From the NCBI RefSeq assembly GCF_963921235.1, contig NC_086097.1, forward strand, positions 155,870,001 through 155,934,000: a stretch of DNA of 64,000 nt, in the 5' to 3' direction. Source of the stretch: Mobula hypostoma. Lineage: Eukaryota. The number at the start of each line of letters is the position of its first letter. Position 1 is the stretch's first letter. The position numbers and the translations under genes were made by a program. Of the stretch, positions 25,960-37,730 are shown in pieces. The notes beneath the pieces were generated by a model. That model worked only from the letters and a program-made list of their open reading frames with translations, was not told the DNA's origin and searched no databases.

Positions 25960-26660
25960 TAAGAAATTCTGTAGCTGCTGGAATTCCAAAATGCTGAAGG
26001 GACTCAGCAGGTCAGGCAGCATCTATGGAAATGATAACAAGTTATTGGGCCAAGGTGCTTTGCAGGATTGAAAAGGAAGTGGAAACGACACCAGAACAAA
26101 AAGGTGGTGGATGGGAAGGAGGCTAACTGGAAGGTGATAGCTGAAACCAGGTGGGTAGGAAAGGTAAAGCTAAAGGGCTGGAGATGAAGGAATCTGATAG
26201 GAGAGGAGAGTGGAACGTAGGAGAAAGTGAAGGAGGAGAAGACCCAGGGGGAGTTGATAGACAGGTGAGAAGAGGTAAAAAGCCAGAGTGGGGTGGGGAA
26301 CAGAAGAAGAGGGGAGGGAATTTTTTTTAACTGGAAGCAGAAATCAATGTTCATGCTATCAGGTTGGAGGCAACCCAGACTGAATATCCTCCACCCTGTT
26401 CCAAGAGGAGGCCTTTACTGACACATTAAAACAGGAATGGGAATTGGAATTAAAATGTTTGGCCACTGGGAAGTTTGGTGGATGAGGTGGAGGTGATCGA
26501 CAATGGGTCTCACCAATGTAGAGGAGGCAGCATCGGGAGCACTGGACACAATAGATGACCCAAACAGATTTTCAGGTAGAGTGTTACCTCACCGAGAGGA
26601 ACTGTTTGGGGCTCTGAATGGAGGTGAGGGAGGAGGTGAATGGACAGGTGTAGCACTTCG
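25960..26660 (-). mobile_element. Penelope-like element 3' end (GIY-YIG C-terminus plus pseudo-LTR)
   Basis: Reverse complement is homologous to 36950-37730 and 28900-29395. Confidence 0.8.
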
Positions 26661-26670
26661 TCAATCCATG

Positions 26671-26823
26671 AGACCATAAGATATAGGAGCAGAAGTAGGC
26701 CATTCAGCCCATCGAGTCTGCTCCATCACTCAATCGTGGGCTGATCCAATTCTTCCAGTCATCCCCACTCCCCTGCCTTCATCCCATACCCTATGATGCC
26801 CTGGCTAATCAAGAACCTATCTA
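26671..26823 (-). mobile_element. Young CR1 3' tail insertion
   Basis: agaccataagatataggagcagaagtaggccattcagcccatcgagtctgctcc, same tail as 15950-16010. Confidence 0.85.
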
Positions 26824-27817
26824 CAATCTACACTTGCCAAATCTCTTCCGATGACATCAAAATGGGCCTTTCTCCAATTTAGAATCTGAAGCTGAAGATC
26901 AATCATATCCTTCTCCATAATTATCTTGAAACTAATGGAATTATAACCACTGAATCCAAAGCGTTTCCCTACATATTCTCCTGCCACCTGCCCTGTCTCA
27001 TTCCCTAAGAGCAGATCTAGTAACAAGTTATTTCTAGTTGACATTTGACAAACTCTTTTCCGTGCATTCCTTTTATAGTATGGAATTCATGGTGAAAACC
27101 TTATTTTTCATTTGTTCTAAATCTTGCTAATGATTGAGAGGTCTATGATATACACCCATTAATATGGTCAGCCCTTTTTTATTCCTCAGTTCCACCCATA
27201 TTGCCTCAGTAGAGAACTCTACAGTATATTCACTTCGAATATAGCCATAACATTTTCCCTAATACCATCACTCCCCCTTTAATACCTCCTACTCTATCAT
27301 TTCTGAAACAACAGAACTCCCGAACACTGAACTGCCAGCCCTGCTCCTTTCACAACTGTCCTACTAATGACTACAACATCATAATTTCATATGCTTATCC
27401 ATGTTCTAAGTCCATCTACGTTACTTAAAATACTCCTTGCTTTGAAATATACAGAACTCAAACATTAGTCCCACTATGCTGAAATATTCAGTTCCTGTCT
27501 TTGCACATAGGCTTAACATCTACGATCCCCACAACCACTCCACTATCTGCCCTGGCACTCAGTTTCCTTTCTCCTGAAACTCTATTCTAAATCCCCAGAG
27601 CAGCGCTTGCAAACCTTTCCGCAAGGCTATTGGTCCTCCTCCATTTCAGAGTTGGAGACCTCTTCCCAGAAACAGAAGGATTCCTTTTGGAAATATGGTT
27701 AAAGTGGGAAATGATCAATAATGCATAATAAAAGACCAACAAATTCAAGAAAATAAATGCAGAAAATGCCAAGAGAAACCAGAAATAATCCAACACATTA
27801 CAGAACCCTGTAGCAGA

Positions 27818-28540
27818 TCAAAGTTCAAACTGAATTTATTGTCAAAGTATATGTATATTACCATATACAACTCTGAAATTCATTTACTTGTGGTCATGCT
27901 CAATAAGTCCATAATAACCACAATAGAATCAATAAAATAAATGCACCAACTTGGGTGTTGAACCAGTATGCGAAAGACAACAAACTGTACAAATAGAAAA
28001 AAGAAAGAAATAATAATAAATGAATAAGCAATAAATATCAAATACATGAGATGAACAGTCCTGGAAAGTGAGTCCATAGATTGTGGGAACATTTAAATGA
28101 TGGGGCAAGAGAAGGTGAGTGAAGTTATCCCTTTTGGTTCAAGAGTCTGATGACTGAGGGTTAATAATAGTTCTTGAATCTGATGCAGTGAGTCCTGAGG
28201 CTCTTGTATCTTCTTACTGATCGCAGCGGCAAGAAGAGAGCATGTCCTGGGTGGTAGGGGTCCCTAATGATGGTTGCTGCTTTCTTACAACATTTTGTGC
28301 AGATGTTCTCAATGGTGAGGACAAGTTTACCCATTTTGGACAGGGCTATATCTATTACTTTTTGCAGGATTTTCCATTCAAGGGCATTGGTGTTTCCATA
28401 CCAGGCTGTGATGCAGCCATTCAATATACTCTCCACAACACATCTATAGAAGTTTGTCAAAGTTTTAGATGTCATGCTGAATCTCCTCAAACACATAAGT
28501 AAGCAGAGGCACTGCCATGCTTTCTTTGTAATTTCTTTGT
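27818..28540 (-). mobile_element. Rex1/Babar LINE 3' end
   Basis: ORF 28161-28583 part TLTNFYRCVVESILNGCITAWYGN...IIRDPYHPGH. Confidence 0.9.
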
Positions 28541-28585
28541 AATTGCCTTTACTCAATCTGATTACTGACACAGGCACAAGCAAGT

Positions 28586-29397
28586 GGACAGAGGGAGAAA
28601 AAAGAGAGTGAGAGAAAGAATGTGTGTATAAAAATAAGTAACAGATGGGGTACGAGGGGGAGGTGGGGCATTAGCGGAAGTTAGAGAAGTCGATGTTCAT
28701 GCCATCAGGTTGGAGGCTATCCAGACGGAATATAAGGTGTTGTTCCTCCAACCTGAGTGTGGCTTCATCTTTACAGTAGAGGAGGCCGTGGATAGACATG
28801 TCAGAATGGGAATGGGACAGTAGAGGAGGCTGTGGATAGACATGTCAGAATGGGAATGGGACAGTAGAGGAGGCCTCCACGGCTTCCTCTACTGTAAAGA
28901 TGAAGCCACACTCAGGTTGGAGGAACAACACCTTATATTCCGTCTGGGTAGCCTCCAACCTGATGGCATGAATATCGACTTCTCTAACTTCCGCTAATGC
29001 CCCACCTCCCCCTCATACCCCATCTGTTACTTATTTTTATACACACATTCTTTCTCTCACTCTCCTTTTTCTCCCTCTGTCCCTCTGAATATACCCCTTG
29101 CCCATCCTCTGGGGGCCCCCCCCCCCCGTCGTCGTCTTTCTTCCCGGACCTCCTGTCCCATGATCCTCTTGTATCCCTTTTGCCTATCACCTGTCCAGCT
29201 CTTGGCTCCATCCCTCCCCCTCCTGTCTTCTCCTATCATTTTTGGATCTCCCCCTCCCCCTCCAACTTTCAAATCCCTTACTCACTCTTCCTTCAGTTAG
29301 TCCTGACGAAGGGTCTCGGCCTGAAACGTCGACTGCACCTCTTCCTAGAGATGCTGCCTGGCCTGCTGCGTTCACCAGCAACTTTTATGTGTGTTAC
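28586..29397 (+). mobile_element. Young Penelope-like element end with an inverted duplication
   Basis: Arms 28586-28792 and 28876-29082 are reverse complements; right arm encodes ...LRLEEQHLIFRLGSLQPDGMNIDFSNFR*, followed by the pseudo-LTR. Confidence 0.9.
29298..29335 (+). ncRNA. Minimal type-I hammerhead ribozyme motif in Penelope pseudo-LTR
   Basis: tagtc-CTGACGA-agg gtctcgg cct-GAAA-cg-TC-gactg: intact core, helix I agtc/gact, helix II agg/cct, palindromic ACGT helix III. Confidence 0.75.
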
Positions 29398-29509
29398 ATG
29401 GATATTTGCTATCTATGGATATATGCCATTTCAATGTGACATACATTGGTGTCCACTTTATCAAGCGCTGTTGTTCTGTCTGTCACAAAAGTCAGAATCT
29501 CCTAGTGGC

Positions 29510-30092
29510 TACTTGATCAATATGACTACATCAGTGAGACCCAATGCAGATCAGGGGATCATTTTGTCAAGCACCTGTGCTCTGTCCGCCACAAAGGCCA
29601 GGGTCTACCAGTGGCAATCCATTTCAATTAATCTTCTTATTCCCATTCTGATATATCTGTCCATGGTCTCCTCTACTGTCACAAGGAGGCCAAACTCAGG
29701 CTGAATGAACAAAGTCTCACACAATCAGGGTAGGCTTCACCCTGATGGCATGAACACTGATTTCTCCAGCTTCAGTAATTTATCCCCCACCCTCTCCCAT
29801 TCACTTTATTTCATTTTCCAATTCTGGTTATGCTCTTATCTTCTTTTCTCCTTACCTCCCTCTGATTCTTCTCCTCCTTCCCTTTTCCCATGGTCCACTG
29901 TCCTCTACCACTAGATTTCCTCTTCTTCCATCATCCACTCACCTTCCCCTCATGTATCATCTGCTAGCTTGCATTACTTCCTCCTCACCTTCTTATTCTG
30001 GCTTCTGCCCCCTTTGTTTCTACTCCTGGTCTTGGCCTGAAACATCGACTGTTTATTCGATGCTGCCACACTTGTTGATTTCCTCCAACATC
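29510..30092 (+). mobile_element. Older Penelope-like GIY-YIG 3' end plus pseudo-LTR
   Basis: YISETQCRSGDHFVKHLCSVRHK...PVAIHFN...PDGMNTDFSSF; degraded cttggcctgaaacatcgact motif. Confidence 0.8.
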
Positions 30093-30367
30093 TGCGGTAA
30101 CATAATGGTTAGCACAACACTATTACACTTTGGGGCGTCAGAGTTCAATTCCGGCACCGTCTGTAGGAAGATTGTATGTTCTCCCTGTGGCCGTGTGGGT
30201 TTCCTCCAGGTGCTCTGGTTTCCTTCCACAGTCCAATGACATAGCTCATTGGTCATTGTAAATCATCCTGTGATTAAGCTAGGGTTAAATAGATGGGTTG
30301 CTGGGTCTTATGGCTCACTGGACCAGAAGGGCCTGTTCTGTGCTATAGCTCTAAATGAAATGAAATA
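30093..30367 (+). mobile_element. tRNA-derived V-SINE (HE1-like)
   Basis: A/B-box-like head (tggttagc, gagttcaattcc), V-domain tgttctccctgtggccgtgtgggtttcctccaggtgctctggtttcc, CR1-like tail. Confidence 0.8.
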
Positions 30368-30595
30368 CTGAAGATTAGCCATGATTGAATGGCAGAGCAG
30401 ACTCAGTGAGCTGAATGGCCTAATTCTGCTCCTATGTCTTATGGTTTATGTTTAACTACACAGTGAAGTTAAGCTACTGGGATGTGATAACTAAGGACAT
30501 GGTAAACTAGGCTATTTCATAAATTAGAATCTCCAGCAGAACCGAGTGAGGAAAAGATTCTACAGAGTGTGAATAGACCATTTGTTTTGTTTCAG

Positions 30596-30659
30596 ATATG
30601 CCATAAAACAAAGTTCAAATGAATATGAGAACTGGAACAGGATTATTGATTGTGCATCA
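30596..30659 (+). CDS. Candidate internal exon of unidentified host gene (rYAIKQSSNEYENWNRIIDCAS; phase 2 to 0)
   Basis: Acceptor atttgttttgtttcag, donor tca|gtaagg, only one open frame. Confidence 0.55.
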
Positions 30660-32479
30660 GTAAGGCACTTGAAAGAAACACTTCTTAAAAATTAAAAACT
30701 CTGAGTTGTTTTGGACTTCCTTGTAGAAGGGAAATGAAGTTACAGGTAACTTTAGTGATGATAGAAGTAAATAGTCATGTAGTCAAGCAGAAAAAAACAC
30801 AAGATGTATGCTTTTTGCATTGCAGAGTGTTTCGATTTCAAGTAATCATTCTTCAATTGCAAAAAAAGTATGTTACAAATGAGGTGGTAATTTACTTGTG
30901 TCTATTTGAGAACTGGGGCATATTTTTTTAAGAGTTAGGTCTATCCGCACAGCTTCCTGCTTATCGTTTATTATCATCCCGCCAGCTAAACTTGAGAAGC
31001 TCCAGGAAGCTTACAAACTAACTGTGATACATGAACTTGTATATAGATCACATGTGCATTAACTTCTATACAGTGAAGAAATATTGTGGTATTGTAGTAC
31101 TAACAAAGTTATTCACTAATGTGGTAAAAAGCCTATGTTGTGTCAAGATGGCATTATTAAACACAGTTTAATACCACACAACATAAGGAAGTAAGAGGAA
31201 TGAAAATTATGTTTTAAAGTTTAAAGGACGAGAAACAGAGAGGGATGCAGAAGGCTTAGAGTTGGAAATATGAGCGCTTAGAAGATTGGCCACTGAATGG
31301 GGAGCCATCAATGGAGACACAATTAAAAAAAAGAACCCAATAAACACAGACAAGCTAAAGTGTGGAAAGGCTTAAAGAGAATTTCCTAACATTATCCTGA
31401 AATAAATCAACAAAATAGTTAAATCTTGTTTCAAATCGAATATTATTGTTAATTTAAACCATCCATTAAATCTATATTATAAATATTGTTTTAAGCAGAA
31501 CTTTATTTTTAAATATTTAAACAAATAATAAAAATATCCTGTAGCAGATGTTTCAGGAAATTCCTTCAAGGATAGGGATTTGTCTTTAAAAGAGACATTT
31601 CGGATATTTCATAACAATTTGTTACTAATTTTCTATAAAAAATTACTTGTGGAACTTCAATGTCATTTGCTTATGTGAATGAAAAAATAATGCAGGCTCA
31701 CACTTTTCAATATCAAATGCTATTCAGAGCAAGCGCATTTGTTAACTGCCAAAAATGGTTAGGTTATTGAACATTAAATCAATGACAATATTATATCATT
31801 TAACATGAAAGGAGTAAAACTCTGATAAGTTTGAACTAGTGAAGTGTTTCAGAATTGAACACTTTTTAAAATTTATTGGCATTTCAGGTTATTTTTTGTG
31901 AGTGGTTAATTGATAATGATAGGCTTTCAATCCTTGTTGTTAAGTTCTTTCACACAGTTGCTGTCTAAGAACTATCCTTCTCATAGTTGCTATATTTGTA
32001 ATATGTAAATACCATCATATTAACAGTCAGCATATGAGTATTTTAGTGCTTAATTCATCATTTCTTGTAGTAGGGCTAAATTAATATCCTCATTCATCTC
32101 TTGAAAGTGATTGAAATGACAATTTTTTGTGTGGCTAAAATGCTTTTGCAACTGAAGAAGAAAAGACTTTAATAAAACTCTCTGTAAATTTCCACAGTCT
32201 GCAATTATCAATGCTGTCACCAAACTGCCAATTTCTTTGAATTATTTTTGTCTTTATATTGTGTGGTATGCAAGTAAAAAATATTCTGAAAACAGATGTT
32301 TTGATGTATGTGGCAGAATGTTTGCATTAAAATGATTATGACCTTCACCAGAATGTTTTCTGTGCCATAATCTGTTTTGTAGGTTTCTTCTCTTGGCAAT
32401 AAGAAAATCTACAAGTTAAGCAAAAACGACCAGACATTCCCCTGGCACAATTTTAATGGTCATCAATCAGATGACAAAT

Positions 32480-33170
32480 CCCAGGAACAGTGTTCCAAGG
32501 AATACATCAGCTAGTTTGCAGATAACATGAAAATTGCTGTTGTTGTTGATAGGGAGGAGGATGGTCTTGGTCTGTATGATTATATTGATCAGTTCTAAAA
32601 ATGGATACAACACTGGGGAGGATGGATATAATTTAATCCTGAAGAATGCCGGTGGAAGTATTTCAGGAAGGTAAGAAATACACAATCATTGTGTGCGCAG
32701 TTCTGTTTGCCACTGATTGCTGGGAAAGAGGTTCGGAGGAAATTCACCAGAATGTTGCCTGGAATGGTGGGCTTCATTAATGAGGACCAAATTCAGGTAT
32801 TGATCAACTGTATTTGCTGTCTTTAGAGCAAAGGAGCCTTAGAAGAAACCTCAGAGTTGTTCTCAGAAACATGGATAAGGTAGATAATATATAACCTTTC
32901 CTCATTATGGAAGTGCCTGAAACTAGAGAGCATAGTTTTAGGGGAAGGGGTAAAACATTTAGAAGGGATCTGAAGAGGATTTTTTGTTTCACTCTTCCTA
33001 AGAAGCTAAGGGAAGCACCTGCTCTCACAGTACTTAAGAAGCATTTAGAAGAGCAGTTGAATTTCCAAGACATAGAAATTTAGAGACAGAGTGCTGGTAA
33101 ATGAAATAAGTATAAATGGATATTTGAGAGTCAGCATGGACATTATAGGACTTTATAACTGAAGGAACTG
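32480..33170 (+). mobile_element. CR1 3' part, heavily decayed
   Basis: FADNMKI, aaattcaccagaatgttgcctgga, cagtacttaagaagcatttaga motifs. Confidence 0.7.
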
Positions 33171-33892
33171 TGCTGTCATCTGAAGTGCTATAGAGCTGAT
33201 TTTCTCTTCATGCTGACGGTGGACTTTTCCTGTTGGAGTGGCTGTGGTGTGAATATCTTTAGTTTTGGAATGAACTCAAACTTCATGTTTTTGTGTAGCT
33301 GGTACGTAAGTAAAACACAGCTAACTAAAACCCAGAAGGTGTTTGATCATAGCATAGATCACCAATCTCAGGTATACTTCACATGTGCCTAATCTTCAAA
33401 AGTTGTTGAGAGAAAAGCACTATCATCGGCTCAATCAAAAGCCAAAACAAAACTACAGTTGCTGGAATAAAATGGAAGAGCCATAAATTCTCTGCAGGTC
33501 AAGCCAGGTCTGTAAAGGAAACAATGAAATTTGTTTATCAGGTGATGAGTTTTCTGACTGGAAGATGATTACCACCATCAGTTCATTCTGTTTCTGCATT
33601 TACAGATATGGACTGGCCTTCTGAATATTCCAGAAGTTTCTGTTTCATTTTTTATAGTTCTCGTACAATCCACAGGCTTTCATAGAGTGAAGCATGGAGA
33701 GTTCTTCTTCTTGTACAAGAAAGCTTTCAATCTCCACAGTGACATGATCAGATCCCATCCACACATAGGAGCAACAGTGATGTTCAGACACAGAGCAAAG
33801 TGCACTGTTGGTTTTATGTATTTTTTAATAAAATAATTTTGATCTTTACCTTTACCTTGTTTACTGCATTGATTCATATCCAATCGTCTGTA

Positions 33893-34223
33893 GATAGGCC
33901 CTCCCCGGTTTATGACAAGATAACGTTCCAGAGGACTTATCCTAATCTGGAGAGTTTGCAGAAAGGAAATGCAGACAACTGACTACATACTTCAATAAAA
34001 TTGCCGGCCAATCAAGGGTAACATGTAGCTTACTCAGGGAATGTAACTGAACCATTCAGATTTCTCTGCAAGATGCATTGATGTTGCAACGAACCATGTG
34101 TCCCATTGGCAGAAAATGCCTGGAGCCCCAGAGCAGCGAACAAACCTATCCTCCATCTCCCAAACTCGTGTTCATCTGTACAGGCAGTATATAAGTACAG
34201 CATTCATAACCGGGGAGGAGCTG
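33893..34223. mobile_element. pogo/Tigger-like MITE
   Basis: Imperfect terminal inverted repeats ggccctccccggtttatga ... tcataaccggggaggagctg with flanking TA. Confidence 0.6.
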
Positions 34224-34398
34224 TATTACTCAGAAGTTTATCAATTTATAGCAGTCCCCAAGATTTTCAATTGTAAAAATAAAATACCTGATCTGAGGTA
34301 ATGAGTCAAACGTTGTTACATATTTATTCAATGAGCTTATAAATTGGTTTTTAAGAAGTATTTCGTTGTTCAGATACAGCTGACCAAACACAGAACAC

Positions 34399-34600
34399 TG
34401 TGATAACTGGTATGTTTTTGTAACTTCAAAACATTAAACTAATTCAAAGGAAGAGATGAAGTTCTGAAAATGCAGGTCTAACTTTGGGTTTACTTTAAGT
34501 GAAGCACGTACATATCTTGTGGTAGCATGTTGATATATACAATTTGCATATTTACACATGTAACCCATAATGAGTTACTTAAACAAATAAGATTACTAAA

Positions 34601-34601
<1 letters not shown>
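34399..34601. mobile_element. Possible LTR fragment
   Basis: Starts tgt; resembles Gypsy-type LTRs from memory only; no partner LTR seen. Confidence 0.3.
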
Positions 34602-34640
<39 letters not shown>

Positions 34641-34656
34641 CATACACACACACACA
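34602..34656. repeat. (TA)n(CA)n microsatellite
   Basis: Directly visible; a second (CA)(TA) tract at 34875-34902 flanks the SINE. Confidence 0.95.
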
Positions 34657-34880
34657 TAGGCATCCGTTAGTCTCATGAGACCATGGATTTGTGCCTTGGA
34701 AGGTTTCCAGGACACAGGCCTGGACAAGGTTGTATGGAAGACCAGCAGTTTCCCATGCTGCAGGTCTCCCCTCTCCACGCCACCGATGTTGTCCAAGGGA
34801 AGGGCATTAGGACCCATACAGCTTGGCACAGGTGTCGTCACAGAGCAATGTGTGGTTAAGTGCCTTGCTCAAGTACACAC
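34657..34880 (-). mobile_element. CORE-domain SINE with RTE-like 3' part, 5'-truncated
   Basis: Reverse complement has cttgagcaaggcacttaaccacacattgctctg, identical to the block in 46439-46666. Confidence 0.7.
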
Positions 34881-34904
34881 ACACACACATATATATATAT
34901 ATAG

Positions 34905-35795
34905 TTCAGATCCGAAGCACGGAGCAGCCCAGAGTGGACCCAAAGCTTCACTTGTCATTTAATCACATTAGCGGCCATGGACCACAGCAGCCAGGGCGGT
35001 CTTCATAGCCTCAGTGCTATGGAGAGAGGAGTGGCCATCACAGACAGCAAGCAAAACCAGTTGTTGCCTTGGAACCTGACACCCTGTCCTTTCAGTCTAT
35101 CTGGGCTGGTGCTTAAATTGACCAAAACAATGGAACAGCGAAAGGCACCAGTGCCCTGGAGAAAACAGTGAACATCGCAGAGAGCGAGTGAAATTGACTC
35201 TTGCCTCTGATTTTGGTCAGTGCTTAAATTGTCTGAACAGTGAATCATACCTCACACTAGGACCCAGCTACTGCAAAGGGCTCGGGGCCTAGACCAGGCC
35301 AGCCGGCAACTCCCCTCAGGTCCTGATTTCACCACTCAGCCCGAAGCCGCTCTCAAGCTCTTCAGATCAGAGCAATCCAACTCCGCATCTGGGCCATCGG
35401 AACTCCTCTGCCCTGACTTCTTCTCTTGGAGCCCAGAGCAATCAAACCTTGCACCTGGGCCAGTTGTATTGGCATAAGAACTCCTCTGCCCTAACTTCTG
35501 CTCTCAGCACCCAGAGCAATTCAGCCTTGCACCCAGGCCAGTTGTATGGGCAATGGAACTCCACTGCCCTGACTTCTCCTCTCCAAATAGCTCACTCCAC
35601 CAGCATTGATTTTGCAACACACTATCTCGGCTCATCCTCCAAACTCGCCTTGCCGTCGCTCGCCTCCTGTTTGTGGTGATAATTTAATACAATTTACCTC
35701 AGAAAAGGTATTTTTTAGTGACGCTTTTAGTCAAATTTTCTGCCTTTTGAACTAACAGTGATCTGTCACATGCATTCGGTAGCACCATCTTAACA
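34905..35795 (-). repeat. Unclassified GC-richer repeat (possible LINE 5' UTR) with internal tandem array
   Basis: Minus strand begins aagatggtg; three 66-78 bp units at 35368-35582; shares motifs with 63480-64000. Confidence 0.4.
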
Positions 35796-36724
35796 GAAAG
35801 CTTAGTGGATATCGCTAAATGGATATCATATGGGGTGAATATTCACTATCTCTGAAGCCTTCGACTACTTCTTAAGATTTTTACATTCCTCCATTTCCAG
35901 GTGATTTGGAGACATTAGGATGGTTGAATATAAGTGCAATCAGATGCATATGGAACAATTTCTTCATGGAGAGCGAGTAGAGAAGCTTATAAATTACAGT
36001 GTTTTCATTTTAGCTGAATTGACAAATTTCAGGAAAATGCACTGAAAATCATTGTAAAATTAGCTTAGGGTATCCCCAAAGAAGGGCTGCATGGCAAATG
36101 AGTAGGCAGTCAGCAGCTCAGTATATCATTTACAAGCTATTTATGGCTAATTGGTAATCAAGATGCAGCTAATTATTTTGAAAGTTAGAAGATAAGTAAT
36201 ATATATTATGGTTGGCATGTGTTCTCACTGCCCATACTTACACATGGTCTGCAGTGTCAGTTTACCTGTGGAAAGACTAAGTTGCACAAGGCCATATTAG
36301 ATTAACATACAACAGGCTGCGGTGTCTGGTTGTCATGGTGTTTCAGTACACTTCGTCCAGGGATATTATTTTAATTGCTAATTATATCAGCTGTATTTTG
36401 GCTGACTATATCCATTTCTTGGCCCTTAAAATGCAGCTTATTTTCCTTTTAGGTACACATAGAGTAATAGGCACATCTTTAAAGCACTCTTCCTTTATTT
36501 CTCATTTACTCAGAAGCTAATGACATAGGAAGTAAACTTTTATGTGCACTTTAATGTCATGACAAATAATTTAAAATCACTTTGGTGGTAGTAGCAACAA
36601 GTAACAATTACATGGGTTAACCTGCATTGTTATTGTTTACTAATCTAAGCTAATGTTAAAACATTCTTTGGAATTTCCTTTTAAATGGCAATTTGCTGCT
36701 GGATTGCTGTTATTTTGAACAGTA

Positions 36725-37730
36725 GCCCTTTCTGGACAGAGCAAATGAGTTCATACCTATCACCCCACAAGCTTCTGTATTCAGCACATCATCCTCTGAA
36801 ACCTCTGCTATCTACATTGGGATACTACCACTAAGCATATCTGTCTCTCCCACTCCCTTCCATTTTCAGTAGGGATCCCTTTCTACATGACTCTTCTCCA
36901 TTCATTCCTCCTCACACTTCCTAGCACTTAACCCTGCAAATTTGACAAGGACTACACCTCCCACTATATGTCCTCTCTCATCACCATTCAGAGCCCCAAA
37001 CAGTCTTCCAGGTGAGGCGACACTTCACATGTGAGTCTGTCTGGGCCATCTATTTTAACTGCTGCTCATGATGTGGTCTCCTCTGCATCAGTAGGACCTG
37101 AAACAGGTTGGGGAAACCACTTTGTGAAGCACTTTGGTTCTGTCCACTGTAAAAGGCAGAACAAAACTGAAATGGCTACACATTCCAGTTCAACTTCCCA
37201 TTCCCATTCTGACATGTTTGTCCACGGTCTCATCTACTGTCATGAGAGGCCAAACTCATGAGGAACAACCCCTCGTATTCCATCTGGATAGCCTCCAACT
37301 TGATGGCATGAATATTAATTTCTCTAACTTGTTCCCGCCTCTGCTCTCATTTACATTCCCTATCCTGATTAGCCTCTTAGCCTTTCTCTTCTCCACACCT
37401 GCCTATCACCACCTCATTTCCTTCCTACTTTCCTTTCTTCCATGTTTCACTGTCCTCTCCTATTATGTTCCTTCTTCTTCAGCCATTTACATCTTCCTCC
37501 TATCACCTCCTAGTTTCCAAGCCTTCTCCCTCACCCTCCCACCTTCCTTCACACCTCTTTTCACCTATCCTTTATCAACTCATACTCTTTCCCCTTCCTT
37601 CATTTTCTTGTTCTAGAGTCTGACCCCTTCTTTTCCAGTTCTGATTAAGGATCTCAGACCCCAAAATGTGACTGTTTATTCTCTTCCATAGTTGCTGATT
37701 GACTTGCTGAGTTCTTGCAGCAATTATTCT
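36725..37730 (+). mobile_element. Penelope-like element 3' part (GIY-YIG plus pseudo-LTR)
   Basis: cccaaacagtcttccaggtgaggcgacacttcacatgtgagtct..., EEQPLVFHLDSLQLDGMNINFSN; degraded hammerhead motif ~37636-37674. Confidence 0.8.

Larger units (their letters stand above)
25565..27690 (-). mobile_element. CR1 LINE internal fragment interrupted by two insertions
   Basis: LLDLLLGNETGQV...LNWRKAHFD endonuclease C-terminus; sequence rejoins across 25956/26824. Confidence 0.8.

Noticed and set aside
28997..29704. 235-aa ORF
   Set aside because: Low-complexity read-through of a pyrimidine-rich Penelope pseudo-LTR, not a gene
33658..33809. Open phase-1 frame LVQSTGFHRVKHGEFF... after an acceptor
   Set aside because: The acceptor derives from a pseudo-LTR tail, there is no good donor, and its phase conflicts with exon 30596-30659
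35368..35582. CRISPR-like appearance of repeated units
   Set aside because: Units are homologous along their whole length, with no unique spacers, no cas genes and a eukaryotic context
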